From the NCBI GenBank assembly GCA_052327205.1, contig CM126224.1, positions 28,706,001-28,770,000 on the forward strand: DNA of 64,000 nucleotides, in the 5' to 3' direction. The notes under the pieces were generated by a model. That model did not search any database, was not told the origin of the DNA, and saw nothing but the letters and a program-made list of their open reading frames with translations. The position numbers and the translations under genes were made by a program. Source of the DNA: Somniosus microcephalus (lineage: Eukaryota). Positions 50,026 through 64,000 of this stretch are shown here, piece by piece (the first letter of the stretch is position 1; each line of letters opens with the position of its first letter).

Positions 50026-52710
50026 ATGATTACCAGTATACCTTACCTGTCATTGACCCATATTAACCACTTGACCATTAAAGTGCCTGTTACCAGGGAT
50101 TAATTCGTATGACTCTGTTCTGATTCTTGCTCTGCAATCAGCCTCCAATCCCAGCGTGTAATTGCTGGCCCAAGCAGGCATTTGCCTTCCTGCTGGTTCC
50201 CTCCCAACCAGGCAGCCTGTGGCTTCCCTATTGGATTCCTCCCAGTCCCAAAGTCCCTATGTGTTCTCTCCTAGCCTTCCCGATCACTTTGTCCCAAGTC
50301 CAGGCCTTGGTCCTTCCCAGATCCAGGAAGATCCAAACATATCAACTTGCTCACTACTGGCCTGAGGGAGTCTCTGCCCTCCCTGTTCAGTCCCTTTCTG
50401 TCCTCCCTACTCAGTCTCTCCGCCCCCCCCCCCCCCCCCCAAACTTGCACTGTCCCAGTCCCAGGCAGGCCTCCGCATTCCAGATCCTGGCCTCATGCAC
50501 TCGTTTGTTTGGAATGAAATGGGGGGGTGGGATTTTAATCGGAGGGGGCTCGGAATGGCACATAGGTACATATCTGCTCCCACATGGAGATGAGAGAATT
50601 TCTACAGCTATCAAATCATTAGAGCCTCGAGTCTGGATCCAGGTCTCTGGGCTTTTGTGTAATTTAACCAGGTTATTTACTTGCTTTCTAGTGATGATAA
50701 AATTTACTGCCCTGCATAATTCCTATCCCAGTACAAATGATGTGATTTCACAGTTTATATGCAGTTGCTGCTGATCTGTAATTGAAAATGATTTTTCATG
50801 TGAGAGAAATACCATTATTTTCATAATTACTTGGTAATTTTTATTGAATCACATCAGTCACATAGTAATTGTAATATGAGAAATAATTGTAGACTTCCAA
50901 CTGCATCTTGAGATCTGCCTTGTACCACAAGAATCTGACATTCTGTTATACTTGTAACGATTTTGTCTTTCTGCTGCTTTTAGACAATTAGTCACCTGTG
51001 ACATGTCCCCTTTACAGACCAGTGACGTGTATCTAAACAACTTAATCGTCTCCTCAAATTCTTGCCCAGTGATAACCGCAAGCAGCTGATGCTGAGCAGT
51101 CCTTCTCTAATGTTAATCGACAGGTAGCAGTTGTTTGTCCTTGCCAGGTCATTGGCTGGCTGTGGAGAAGACCCAGCTCTACCAAGCAGAGCTTTCGTAG
51201 GAACAGCATGCCTGTGTGACCTAAAGGGCAGGTTGTCTCGGAGGCACTGTGGTCTGATGGGATAGTTCAGCTCATTTCAGGCATTTCATACTCATGGTTC
51301 AAAAGAATGCTTCTAGTCTGCCCTCTGCTTAAACATTTCATGGGCAATGGAGCAGGAAAGGATATCAAAGAACAGCTTATGGATGGCTTTGTTTCCTTTA
51401 GCTGTTCAGTTGCTGTGGGAGCATTTGAACTGAGCAGTTCAGTTGATGCAGCTAGACAGTTGAAATGGAAAGGGATGAAAAAATGGTTCAAAATTTTTGA
51501 AATATTGTTGTCTGCAGGAGACTGGGATCAAATCCAAGTCGGGAGGAGATTCTGAGCGAAGGTATTTTGAACAGCTGTCGAGAGTGCTAAAATGAGAACG
51601 AACTGTCTCAATTCAGTTCCCAGTGGCACAAAAACTAGCATCACAATTCCAAATTCATGGGTGAGGAAGCTAGTGCGAGATTAGAAAAGAGACACAGAAA
51701 ACGGGTAAAAGTGACACAACTCCACATGGAAACAATTCCATCACAATTTGTCAGAGCAGCAAAGTTTTTCTGAAGTAATGATAAGACAGTAACTTATTTT
51801 TTTTCTCTGTCATATTTCAAATCTTCATTTTCATTACCTTTTTCTTCCCCTTCCTTCTTACTTGCTTCCCTGAACCCTCTAATTTTGAAGGTGCTGATTC
51901 ATGCTTGGGGATATGGCAGCTGGCTTTTTGATTTCCTTATCTAATGAGTCATTTTTCCTCTGTGAGCCTGGAAAGTGAATGTGAATGGTTTACGTGACAC
52001 TGTGGGTATCACAGCTGAACCTGATCCTGTCCTCGCCCGACATTCATAGATGTGCACTTCCCACAAGTGTACCTGGCTAGGATCAAGAGCAGTAACGTTG
52101 ATTGATGGGTTTCGCTCTGCAGCTTGACGATGCTGAGACCAGTTATAACAAACCTACCATCAGCCCCTGATGAGGGATTGAACCTGAAATCTTGTTTTTC
52201 AGATGTAACAGCGGTTTCAAAAAGCTATGAATTCTATTTAATGATTGAAAAGGTGCACAGATGAAAACGCTATTCTGCATTTGTACAATTTTAATGAAAT
52301 AATAGCTATTTGGCTAGAACTGAGGAAGTGTGGCAGATGCATTATACCATGCTATATTTTTGTATATTATATATAAATATAGGTCACGGAACTTTAAAAA
52401 TACCGCCTACTGTTCCACACACAGTCACTTTTATTACATTGCAGTGACTGGGGCTCCTCTCATACTCCTTGCAACCAAAATGCAGTAAATCATGGTGCTA
52501 GTATAATTTATATTTTAATTTTAGCTCCATAGCTTGGCATCAATACAAACAGATTAAATTTACAAATTTAAATTGATTGTTATAAGTAACCAAAGCCTTA
52601 TTTCTGTATTATGGCTGATAGCACAATACAGAATTATACTTTCAGTTTTGTGCATTTTCTGTAAACCGCATTTTATGAAAACAATTCTAAATATCCTTTT
52701 CTTTTGGCAG

Positions 52711-52764
52711 CATTCGTACTTTACTACACCCGATAGCCGAGAGCTTCCTAGCATACCTGAAAAT
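52711..52764 (+). CDS. DENND1A: DENND1A coding exon, 54 bp
   Basis: cttttggcag|CAT...AAT|gtaagt; encodes HSYFTTPDSRELPSIPEN. Confidence 0.95.
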
Positions 52765-53590
52765 GTAAGTATATATCTCTGGTGATCAGCTTTTCAGTAG
52801 ACTAGACTTAATTACGCAATAGTATACTCTGTAAATTTTGAGACTCCACACAGATTTATTCTCAGTGCTGTGTTTCATGTACCAAGTGCTCTAAGAAGGG
52901 AATTGGGATATTGCAGCTGACAGTTTTTGATGGCTGCACTGTATCTTCAGTTCATCAATCAGATCCCTTTGTGTGTAAAGATAGGTGAATATCCTTAACC
53001 CTTGACTGTTTAATTTTATTATCTTCCTATTCTATAACTTTGTAGCATTTACTGTATATCTACACTAAGTGTGCCAGTAAGAAAAAGTTTACTAACTATT
53101 GTAATGGGTCGTACATTAAGAACAACAGAAACATGTTTTTTTACAAAGAGATTATTTCATAAAATGCTGTAATCTTGTTATTTATTTTTATGTTTATATT
53201 TTCCTCTGGTACCCTTGGGGGTAAAGTGATAAGAATATTTGTTCCTAATAGGTCCTCATGCTTTGAGAACTAAGGACTAATATTTTTGCATAATTTGATC
53301 TATCTGAAGTATTAAAGTAACCAGCTGACTTGGAATAGATTGGGTCAGAAAAAGTTTATTATTTTTATAAATGGATTTGCTTTTATGAACATTTATATTT
53401 AGTGTGATTTTGCATTTATGAATACCTTCCAGCAAACTAAGTGACTGACTTAAAAGCACTTCATTGGTTGTGAAGTGCTTTGGGACATGATAATGCACTG
53501 TATAAAACATGCTATCTTTCCTTCTGTCTTTCCCTTCTTCTTCTTTCCTCTCCCCCCTCTTGTGTTCTCCCTCCTCCCGTCACCCTCTCC

Positions 53591-53950
53591 CTCCTCCCCT
53601 CGCCCCCTTCCCTCCTCCTCCCCTCGCCCCCTTCCCTCCTCCTCCCCTCGCCCCCTTCCCTCCTCCTCCCCTCGCCCCCTTCCCTCCTCCTCCCCTCGCC
53701 CCCTTCCCTCCTCCTCCCCTCGCCCCCTTCCCTCCTCCTCCCCTCGCCCCCTTCCCTCCTCCTCCCCTCGCCCCCTTCCCTCCTCCTCCCCTCGCCCCCT
53801 TCCCTCCTCCTCCCCTCGCCCCCTTCCCTCCTCCTCCCCTCGCCCCCTTCCCTCCTCCTCCCCTCGCCCCCTTCCCTCCTCCTCCCCTCGCCCCCTTCCC
53901 TCCTCCTCCCCTCGCCCCCTTCCCTCCTCCTCCCCTCGCCCCCTTCCCTC
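53591..53950. repeat. Perfect tandem repeat, 15 x 24 bp (CTCCTCCCCTCGCCCCCTTCCCTC), running into a gap
   Basis: Directly visible. Confidence 0.95.
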
Positions 53951-54218
53951 NNNNNNNNNNNNNNNNNNNNNNNNNNNNNNNNNNNNNNNNNNNNNNNNNN
54001 NNNNNNNNNNNNNNNNNNNNNNNNNNNNNNNNNNNNNNNNNNNNNNNNNNNNNNNNNNNNNNNNNNNNNNNNNNNNNNNNNNNNNNNNNNNNNNNNNNNN
54101 NNNNNNNNNNNNNNNNNNNNNNNNNNNNNNNNNNNNNNNNNNNNNNNNNNNNNNNNNNNNNNNNNNNNNNNNNNNNNNNNNNNNNNNNNNNNNNNNNNNN
54201 NNNNNNNNNNNNNNNNNN
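53951..54218. other. Assembly gap (268 N)
   Basis: Run of N. Confidence 1.
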
Positions 54219-54374
54219 TCGCCCCCCCCCCCTCCTCCCGTCACCACCCCCCTCTCCTCCAGTCGCCCCCTCTCCCGTTTTTGCCCCCTGCTCCTTCCGG
54301 TACATTCTCTCTCTCTCCTCACTTATTAATCTCTCTCAGAGCCATTTTTTGTCCTACAGAATATTAAATGAAAG

Positions 54375-54965
54375 TGAAAACAGAAAATGCTGGAAATACT
54401 CAGCAGGTCAGGCAGCATCTGTAGAGAGAGAAACAGAGTTAACGTTTCAGTTCGATGACCCTTCGTCAGAACTAGAAAAAGTTAGAGATGTAACAGATTT
54501 TTAAGCAAGTGTAGGGGCTGGGAAAGTGAGGAGGGGGAGGAAAGAGCAAAAGGGAAGGTCTGTGATAGGGTGGAAGGCAGGAGAGATTAAGAGACAAAAG
54601 GGATGATGGTGCAAGGCAAAAGGAGATGGTACTGGGACAAGTTAAGAAACAAAAGATGACTCTAGGTGAGGTGTAAATGGCAATGGCAGAATCATCAACA
54701 GCTGCCATGTGAGAATTTTTTTTTTTTAAATGGCTGAGGTTATGGCCTGAAATTGCTGAACTCGATGTTGAGTCCAGAAGGCTGTAAAGTGCCTAATCGA
54801 AAGATGAGGTGCTGTTCCTCGCGCTTACGTTGAGCTTCATTGGAACAGTGTAACAGGTCGAGGACGGAGAGATCAGAGTGGGAGTGGAGCGGAGAATTAA
54901 AGTGACAGGCTTACGGATTAAACGGAGGTGTTCCGCAAAACGGTCACCCAATCTACGTTTGGTCT
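54375..54965 (-). mobile_element. Penelope-like element 3' fragment (GIY-YIG endonuclease C-terminus and pseudo-LTR)
   Basis: - strand reads TKRRLGDRFAEHLR...CHFNSPLHSHSDLSVL...EEQHLIFRLGTLQPSGLNIEF; terminal GATGCTGCCTGACCTGCTGAGTATTTCCAGCATTTTCTG. Confidence 0.85.
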
Positions 54966-54966
54966 A

Positions 54967-55235
54967 ATTTTTTTAAAATTCGTATATGGGATGTAGGCGT
55001 CGCTGGTAAGGCCAGCGTTTGTTGCCCATCCCTAATGCCTTTGAGAAGGTGGTGCTGCGCCGTCGTCTTGAACTGCTGCAGTCAGTGTGGTGAAGGTACT
55101 CCCACAGTACTGTTGAGGGAGTTCCAGCGACGATGAAGGATCGGCGATATACTTCTAAAGTCAGGATGGTGTGTGACTTGGAGGGGAACTTGGAGGTGGT
55201 GCTGTTCCCATGCACCTGCTACCCTTACCCTTCTA
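54967..55235 (-). mobile_element. Non-LTR retrotransposon 3' end (CR1/L2-group)
   Basis: Resembles a recurrent elasmobranch LINE tail (…CACCTTCTCAAAGGCATTAGGGATGGGCAACAAA…); family not certain. Confidence 0.55.
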
Positions 55236-57195
55236 TAATTAAATCAAAGTATCCTGGTGCCAAGTAAATCAGCTTCCTATTACTGGCTTCCCAGGAGTAG
55301 AGAGTCCTTTCATTTCATTGTGGATTTTAATGAGTACTATATGCAGACATACACATTGCTACTCAGAACTTCAGCTTTTTTTTTTTTTTATAAAGAGAGT
55401 CAACAACATTTGAAGTATTAATATGAAAATGATAGGGCAGTGGCTAATGCACAGTATGCGTTCTCAAACTGTCAGCTATCATTAGATTGAAAGATAAGGA
55501 TAGTGTGGAGGGAGTACTTTTCAGTATAAAGAGTTGCCCAGTTTGGGAAAACTCAGTACTGGCTGAGTATACAGCAGTAGCCATCGGATCCTGACTATTC
55601 CCAGCTCAGGCAACTCTAGATTGGTAGCCTGGCTGGATCCAAATAATCAATTTGCAGCTTTTTGCTGCACACCTGCTCCTTGATGTGCCAGTCACAGTGT
55701 TGGAGCAGTTCTCTGGCCAAGAGCCTGTAAATGGTGAGTTTCCACAGGGAAAGAGTGTCTGTAGAAATCAGCACCTTAAATTAAAATACCATTGAAAGTG
55801 CTTCTCCCAGGTTACCATCCTCTTAACCATTAAAGCACCTTATTTTGATGTTTATCTTTACAATTACTCTGTGGGATGCTTAATTGTTCATCAATCATTA
55901 AGCACAAAAATTGTAGAAAAGCACACCCGAAAGTGAATTAATGTAATAATGAAAACCTTTTGCCCAGCCACTCAAGTTGTTAATAAAAGACAACAAAACA
56001 GTGATGGAAAACACCATAGTGTATGTTAGTCAATACATCTATGGTTTAATTATATTAAGATGTGTCTACTCTCCTGCATAATTTAACTTTCTCTTATAAT
56101 GTAATATTACACATGTATTCCAAAAAATTGGAGCATAAACAAAGTAGATATTTATAAATTCTTCAAATTAATTCTCAATTTTTAAGGAGAATTGCTTCAT
56201 TGTGAACTTGGCTAGGAATCCAGGAGACATGTGGACACACAAAACAATCTGCCAGTAATTTAAAATCCATATGTACTTATGTGTCGATGATAAGATTGTG
56301 TAATATAGATCCCACACGTTGAAAGTGCTTTGCAGTATTGAAGTACGGCTCTGTAGTCCAATAATATCTAGATGACAAAAAACTATTACGTGTGTTCGTG
56401 TAACGCAGGAATTAAACATATGGCAAGTAGTATTCACCATTTCAATGGGATGATGATGTACATAATGCCCAATATTGATTTTCTTATACAGAAGTACAAG
56501 GGTCTTCTTAGAAGATGAGTGAGGAGAAAAGGGGCCACATTAATATTTTTTAATTAAATCTATTTACTTGATTTTTTTTGCAGACTCATCCAAAAAGACA
56601 CAATCTCTAGTAAATATCTCTTTAAATAAAAATTAAAAACATGTGTTTCTAAAATGGAAATAAATGCTCAGAATGAGTTCTGCGTGTTACTTATAATTTA
56701 TTTTCAATCAAAAATTTACTGCTTAAAATAAGAAAATAACTTCCATTACTATTGAGGAATATGATGGTATAATTATACATTACAGTTTTATTTTTCTGTC
56801 AAATGTAAAATGCCCCAAGTTGTTTGGATTATGTTTCTCCATTAGGCTGCTTTAGCATGTTTCTGTTTTTTGCATACCGATGTGCTTTCAAAAAAAACCA
56901 TGTACATTAATAGGGAAAGAAAAGTTACAATATTTGTTTGCTAAAGTTAGTGTGTGAAAGAGTAGATAGTACCAGAGTTGGCTGAAGCTGCTTTTTACGG
57001 TCTCCACAGCAATATTTTATTTTCCGCTTGTCTTGCTGGTGCTTCAGGAATTTCAGAATTTGTTTATGGTGCGTCATATACAAGCTACTTTTTCTGTATC
57101 TTTGTCTGAGACTGAAAAAAATCTGAGATGCTTCAGCCATGTTGATGATTTGTTCTTCACTTCTGAATTCATGTGGAACGAAGTTGGAGCTGTAC

Positions 57196-57330
57196 TTCAC
57201 AGAATCACAGAAACCCCACAGTGCAGATAGAGGCCATTTCGGCCCATCGAGCCTGCACCGACACATATCCCACCCGATCCCCGTAACCCCTACACCAACA
57301 CATATCCCACCCTATCCCCGTAACCCCGTA
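57196..57330 (-). mobile_element. HE1/V-SINE 3' fragment
   Basis: Reverse complement of the 3' end of 18756-18959 and 47354-47663. Confidence 0.8.
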
Positions 57331-58309
57331 CTTGTAGGTAATGTTTCCTGATCACTGTCTATGCAGATTTCCGTTCCCTCCACATGAGGGCCATTGGCAC
57401 TATTGGAACAAACCACTGATTTACTGTTTGCGGCCCACAATCCTTTCTTGATCTGTCGTGTTAAGCTTAACTACTGGAAATCAGGAATAGCGTCCCTGCT
57501 GCTTTTTTTGCCCCCATCAAAAATTGTGGCTTAACTGGAGGCAGTGCAAGATACACCAACCACAAATGTGTTTAGCATTGCTAAGGATCGGGGGCTTTTA
57601 AACTTAAAAGGGGGAAATTGTGGGCCTAATTATAAACAACTCTGGGAATTCAACTGCAGGTCCAATAGAAATAAACACAAGTATTTAAACTCAAACTTTT
57701 TAAAAATAGATGCTGTAACCTGCTCTGATGAGTACGCTGTATTTTTAAAATCTTGACTCTGACTTCCACAAGGCATGTGAAATACAGATATAGACTGGTT
57801 GTAATGCTCATTTGCCTTGTGAGGTAGAAATGTTAGTTGTAGCTGGGGTTAATGTGGATGACTTTAGGCTTTTATGAGTATGAGAGAATGCTTTTTCTTT
57901 CTGTCTCTTGTTTCTCCAGGCAATGCTGATTGGTGAGGGCAGCTACCATGTCAGAGGAATAACATCTATTATTTTAAAGTGACCATTGAGATCCTTGGTA
58001 AAAATATGCAATCTGATTGTGTGCTTAGTGAAAACATGTTTGGGGACAATTTTGAGCATAGACTGTGGCAGCATCATATCCTATATACAGTTGGATTGAC
58101 CTGCCTCTGTATTTAATTTGAGTGCCCCATTAAACATTGGAATACTGTGCAACTTGCATAGGGAATATTTTGACACCTATGACCTAATAGAGACATTTTA
58201 AATTAAATCAGAAACTTTAAAAGCAAAGTTTGTATAGTTTCTCACAGTCACCTAAACCCAAAATTTAGGTTTATAACTTTGAGGTTTTTTTTTTAAGTTT
58301 AATGTATAC

Positions 58310-60350
58310 ATAAGTACATAAGAAGGAGCAGGAATAGGCCACTTGGCCCCTCGAGCCTGCTCCGCCATTCAATAAGATCATGGCTGATCTTGGGCTCAAA
58401 GCCAGTTCTCTGCCCGCTCCCCATAACTCTTCAGTCCCTTATCTTGCAAAAATCTGTCTATATCCACCTTAAATGTATTTAATGACCCAGCCTCCACGGC
58501 TTTTTGGGGCAGAGAATTCCACAGATTTGCGACCCTCATCTCAGTTCTAAAAGGGCGACCCTTTATTCTAAAACTGTGCCCCCGCATTCTAAATTTCCCC
58601 ACGAGGAGAAACATCCTCTCTGCATCTACCTTGTCGAGCCCCCTCAGTATCTTATATGTTTCAATAAGATCACCTCTCATTCTTCTGAATTTCAATGAGT
58701 ATAGGCCCAACCTGCTCAACCTTTCTTCATAAGTCAACTCCCTTATCTCAGGAATCAACCGAGTGAATCGTATCTGAACTGCCTCCAATGCAAGTATATC
58801 CTTCCTTAAATAAGGAGACCAAAACTGTATGCAGTACTCCAGGTGTGGTCTCACCAATACCCTATACAGTTGTAGCAGGACTTCCCTGCTTTTATACTCC
58901 AACCCCCTTGCAATAAAGGCCAACATTCCATTTGCCTTTTTGATTACTTGCTGTACCTGCATGCTAACTTTGTGTTTCATGCACAAGGACCCCCAGGTCC
59001 CTCTGAACTGTAGCATTTTGTAATCTCTCTCCATTTAAATAATTTGCTTTTTTATTTTTCCTGACAAAGTGGATAACCTCGCACTTTCCTACATTATACT
59101 CCATCTGCCAAATGTTTACCCACTCATTAGCCTATCTATATCCCTTTGCAGATTTTTTGAGTCCTCTGCACAACTTGCTTTCCCACCCATCTTTGTATCA
59201 TCTGCAAAATTGGCTACATTACACTCAGTCCCTTCATCCAAGTCATTAATGTAGATTGTAAATAGTTGAGGCTCCAGCACCAATCCCTGTGGCACCCCAC
59301 TAGTTACAGTTTGCCAACCGGAAAATGACCCATTTATCCCGACTCTGCTTTCTGTTAGTTAGCCAATTCTCTATCCATGCTGATATATTTCCCCCAACTC
59401 CGTGAGCTCTTCTCTTATGCAGTAACCTTTTATGTAGCACCTTATTGAATGCCTTCTGGAAATCCAAATACACCACATCCACTGGTTCACCTTTGTCCAC
59501 CCTGCTCGTTACCTCCTCAAAGAACTGCAGCAAGTTTGTTAAACATGATTTCCCTTTCATAAAACCATGCTGACTCTCCTTGACTGCATTATGATTTTCC
59601 AAATGCCTTGCTACTGCTTGCTTAATGAAGGACTCCAGCATTTTCTCAACAACCGATGTTCGGCTAACTGGTCTATAGTTTCCTGCTTTCTGTCTCCCTC
59701 CTTTCTTAAATAGGGGTGTTACATTTGCGGTTTTCCAATCTGCTGGGACCTCTCCAGGGTCCAGGGAATTTTGGTATATTGCAACCAATGCATCCACTAT
59801 CTCTGCAGCCACTTCTTTCAAGACCCTGGGATGCAGGCCATCTGGTCGAGGGGACTTGTCATCTTTTAGTCCCATTGTTTTACCAAGTACTATTTCCTTA
59901 GTGATGGCGATTTGTCTTTAGTTCCCCCCTCCCTGTGGCCCCTTGATTATCCATTATTGGGATGTTGTTAGTGTCTTCTACCGTGAAGACAGATACAAAA
60001 TATTTGTTCAGAGTCTCTGCTATTTCTCCGTCCCCTATTATTAATTCCCCATTCTCATCCTCTAAGGGACCAACATTTACTTTAGCTACTCTCTTCCTTT
60101 TCATATACCTGTAGAAGCTCTTACTTTCTGTTTTAATATTTCTTGCCAGTTTACTCTTATAATTCATCTCTTTTTAGTCATCCTTTGCTGGTTTTTAAAA
60201 ATTTCCCAATCCTCTGACCTCCCACCAATCTTGGCAACATTGTATGCCTTTGTTTTCAATTTGATACCATCCTTTACTTCCTTAGTTAGCCACGGATAGT
60301 GCTCCCTTCTCTTAAAATTTTTCTTTCTCACTAGAATATATTTTTGTTGA
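58310..60350 (-). mobile_element. 5'-truncated CR1 LINE with frameshifted ORF2
   Basis: ORF pieces 60164-60358, 59898-60167, 59300-59875 and 58396-59034 with CR1 RT motifs; CR1 3' tail at ~58310-58395. Confidence 0.95.
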
Positions 60351-61204
60351 CTGTACAATGTTTATGGTTTTTCATTTTTTTAAACTATATTTCTGGTCGT
60401 GATTACTGACAGGATCCATGGTATTCTTGATCTGCAACAATGTTGGCAAAAGACTATTCATGCCTTGTGAAAGTGACAAAAGGATGTTAATGATTTTTAA
60501 TCTACTGTTGATTGCCAGATTTACTGTGGTCATAATACTATAATATACTCTGAGGCAGTCTTTTCCAAAATCTATTATTCAATGTGGGAATTTGAACAGC
60601 ATGTTTGGTAGGTAAGGCTTTGATAGTAAAGACATTTATATGTATCATAAGGAATGTGTTATGGATTTCTGTCCTGGGAATTTGTAACTAGAAAACGCAG
60701 CAGTATCAACAATTTTAAAAGCAGTAGCAAGTTTTACTGGCACAAACATCCATTGGATACACTACTGTTTCAGAGCTTGGCACCAGCATTTTTAATAAGA
60801 TTCCCGAATGACTTCATGTCAGCCTTCAATCAAACTTTTGGAGGTGCTCGTTCATCTGGTTTTGACTCTGTACAGTGACATCTTTGTGGAAATAAGTGAC
60901 ACTGACACAGTAAGGAGGAAGCTGATTTGTATAAGAGACAGCTGGAAAATTCCACTAGCCATGGGTGAGTTTCTTTCCAGGAGCTGAAAAACAAAACTTG
61001 CAATGCTGGTTGTCCCACTATTTTGAATTCCTCATAATGTTTCTTCCTCTCAAAGATAGAGACCACATGTTCCACTGTCTCAGCTACTTCCTCCCCACAC
61101 GTGGACTCTTTCCCCTGCACCCTACCCACCATATCACTCTTCTGTATCATTGTCTCCCCCCCCCCCCCCCCCACCCAGTCCTTCTATACACTTGACCCAT
61201 TCTG

Positions 61205-62435
61205 AACCCGACTCAGTATCATAGAACTACACCTCTTGACCCAGTGCACGCTGACATTGTTAATGGTTCCCTCTCCTTAGGCTTTGTCCTTCACCCTTCA
61301 ATACTGTTGCCATCACCCCTCAACCCCAGAAAAAATACCTCTGATTCCCCCCCCCCCCCTCCTCTACAACTATTGCCCTATCTACAACCTTCCCTTCCTC
61401 TCTAAAGACATTGAACGTCATCGCCATCTAGTTGGAGCCCATCTCTATCATCACTCACTATTCAAATCCTTTCGATCTGTATTCATCCTGCCCACAGTAC
61501 AGAGACTGCTCTGACCAAAGTCACCAATGTAAGCACAACCGCAGAGTGCTATTCCTCCTCATCCTCCCTGATCTCTCTGTGGTGTTCAACCCAGGCAACC
61601 ACTCCATCCTCCTTCACTGTCTCACCTCCGCCACTGCCATAGCTTGGTTCTACTCCTACTTGTCCCAACAAAGGCAGTAGATCTCCTGTAATAACTTCTC
61701 CATGAGTCCGTACATGGTCACCTTGAGTGTGCTCCAGACCTGCATTTTTAGTCCCCTTCTCTTCATTTTATATGCTTCCCCTCAGTAACATCAATCATAA
61801 GTATCAGGCCAGCTTTTAGATGTATGCTGACGACACCTAGTTCTACTTCTCTGCCAATACCCTCAACTGCTGGACCACACTGCACTGTGAGATTGCTTAA
61901 CCAACCTCAAAACCTGGATGAGCAGAAACTTCATTCAGCTAAACATCGGCAAGACCAAAGACATCCTGTACAGCTTCTGCCCAAAACTCTGCATCTTAAC
62001 TCTCTGACCCTATCCCTGGCATCTCGCTCAGATTGAGCCTGACAGTGTGCAACCTCAATGTTTTGTTTGACCCCGAGTTGAGATTCAAACCCCACCTCCT
62101 AGTCACTATTAGCACTACCTATTTCCCCCTCTGCATTGTATGCCTTTGCCCCATCTCGCCCTCGATACCAGTGAAACACTTTTGTTACCTCCCAGACTCG
62201 ATGACTGTAATGCTCTCTTTGTTGGCTTCCTAAGTTCGGCCCTTCACAAGTTGCAACTTATTCGATATCTTGTTGCCCAAGTCTTATCCCACACTAAGTC
62301 CTGCTGCTCTATCACTTCCGTTATTGATAACCTTCATTGGTTCCCTGCGCCCCCGCCCCCCCCCCCCCCCCACCCCCCACAATGCATTCATTGTAAAGTC
62401 ATTGACCTCATCCATAAGGCCCTCCACAACCTCCC
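61205..62435 (+). mobile_element. Decayed L2 LINE RT fragment
   Basis: Remnants LLILPDLSVVF, AWFYSYLSQ, MYADDT, RLDDCNAL, LHWFP. Confidence 0.8.
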
Positions 62436-62447
62436 CCTTCTTCTGCA

Positions 62448-62880
62448 ATCTGCAAAGGTCACTCCATTATTTAAAAAGAGAAAGCAGAAAACTACAATCC
62501 TATCAGCGTATCTTCAGTTGTGTAGAAGTTACTGGAATCTAGCAACAGGGATATGTCTGTATGGACTTCTAAAAGTAATTTGATCAGATTCCGCACAAGA
62601 GATTATTCGCAAAAATGCGAGCGCACGGAATTGGAAGAAATCTTGTGACCTGGGTTGGTAATTGGTTGTGTGGTAGGAGACAGAAAGTGGGGGTAAAAGA
62701 TTTGTTCTCTGGGCAGGATTGGACAAGTGGCGTTCTCCAGGGATCTCTACTGGGGCCTCAGCTTATCACCATTTATTTCAATGACGTAGATGAAGGAATA
62801 AAGAGTTGTATAATCCAAGTTTGCAGATGACACCAACTTAGGAGGCAGAGTAAGTTGTGTGGGTGGGACCAGGAAGTTGA
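62448..62880 (+). mobile_element. Decayed CR1 RT fragment
   Basis: AKVTPLFKK, SGVLQGSLLGPQL, KFADDT remnants. Confidence 0.8.
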
Positions 62881-63624
62881 GTGAAAAGTTACTTTGCGTG
62901 ACTATTTTTCCTTTTTAAAAAGTATCGACTAGTCAAGAGATAAAAGAAGAGACTAAAGAAATCAAATACTTTTTTGACAATGAAGGTCCACATTCGTTTC
63001 TATTAGCAGAGTACTTAGAATTAACAAATGATCTCCTTAACTTGGATTTGAGAAATCTCTGAATTTTTTTTTGTTAAAGAGCAGCTTTATTTTAGAGTAG
63101 CTCTACCATCTCCTGTCTCCAAGTACACAATTCTATTCAATTTGAAAGAATCCAATATTTACCTGATGTATAATTAGTAGTAAAATCTAACCAGGAAAGT
63201 ATTCTCTGATCACCTTCCTTTATCCATTAAATACTGCACAATACTGTGACTTGTATGTCTGTCAGAGTGTAATGTGTTTCTACAGGGGTTCTCTGATTCA
63301 AACGAGACAATGGATATTGAATTTTGAAATATTGAATATAGTATATAAATGTGGTTGTATGGATATGGGCACTTGTAAGACTTCCAAAGTACTTCGCAGA
63401 TATATCCATGGTGAAAGAATGGCTTTTCTTCCTAATGGTACTGGAGGGATACTTAAACTAGTGACTTAATGAAATTCATCACAGCCAGGACCCAAGACCA
63501 CTCCCTGGCACTCGTTGCAATCTCCCTTCCTGGCAGGGCAGATACCTGTTTGCTTCCTTCACTTTCACTGTCCTGTTGTGTTCATGAAAATCAGGAGGCA
63601 GATCAGGGTGATTCTTTTGAATGA

Positions 63625-63730
63625 ATGAATGACTTACATTTATATAGCGCCTTTCACGACCACCGGATGTCTTAAAGCGCTTTATAGCCAATGAAGTACT
63701 TTTGGAGTGTAGTCACTGTTGTAATGAGGG
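63625..63730 (-). mobile_element. DeuSINE/L2 3' tail
   Basis: ACTTACATTTATATAGCGCCTTTCACGAC...GTAGTCACTGTTGTAATG, reverse of the SINE tail. Confidence 0.7.
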
Positions 63731-64000
63731 AAAATTTCAGTGTATTGTCTGTGGAATCACACTTTTTGGACCTATCCCTTCTCACCATCCCAGACAAGAT
63801 GGTTATTTGCCGGATGTGGGAGGAGGTGTGATATAAACCACCCTGATGGCTAATGAAAGGAACAGGCTGAGGGTTGCCATTTCCTAGTTCTAAATTACAT
63901 CATGTCATAATATCCGCAAATCAGAAGATTCACTCTTTGGTACTACTTTCAAAGAACACACTTTTTAAATCATGTAACCGTTAGAAATTAGGTTATTTAT

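Noticed and set aside
50127-50774. 215-aa Pro-rich ORF
   Set aside because: Low-complexity C-rich sequence and repeat debris, with no domain or splice support
53591-53950. CRISPR-like array
   Set aside because: Contiguous identical units with no spacers, in eukaryotic DNA
53450-54504. Long ORFs of 241-331 aa
   Set aside because: Artefacts of the stop-free 24-bp repeat and the N gap

Overview
Vertebrate genomic DNA, most likely a shark: it carries HE1/V-SINEs, Deu-domain SacSINE1-type SINEs and shark-type CR1 LINEs. The whole window lies inside DENND1A on the + strand. Four coding exons are present (12279-12398, 46560-46629, 47235-47315, 52711-52764), separated by repeat-rich introns, one of them 34 kb. 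The outstanding feature is a complete, very young 3,578-bp Ty3/Gypsy (Mag-like) LTR retrotransposon at 3202-6779 (- strand). It has 257-bp LTRs differing at one base, a GCAAG target-site duplication, a tRNA-Ser PBS and a PPT. Its single intact 730-aa ORF starts as Gag-CCHC-CCHC-protease. RT/RNase H/integrase are replaced, in frame, by pieces of three unrelated host genes: an STK10/SLK coiled coil, an optineurin (OPTN) coiled coil and a DNAJC21 zinc finger with a basic tail. These assignments come from my recollection of the vertebrate proteins, not from a database search. The rest of the window holds MITE families, SINEs, CR1/L2/Penelope fragments, a 24-bp tandem repeat ending at an assembly gap, and candidate conserved non-coding elements.
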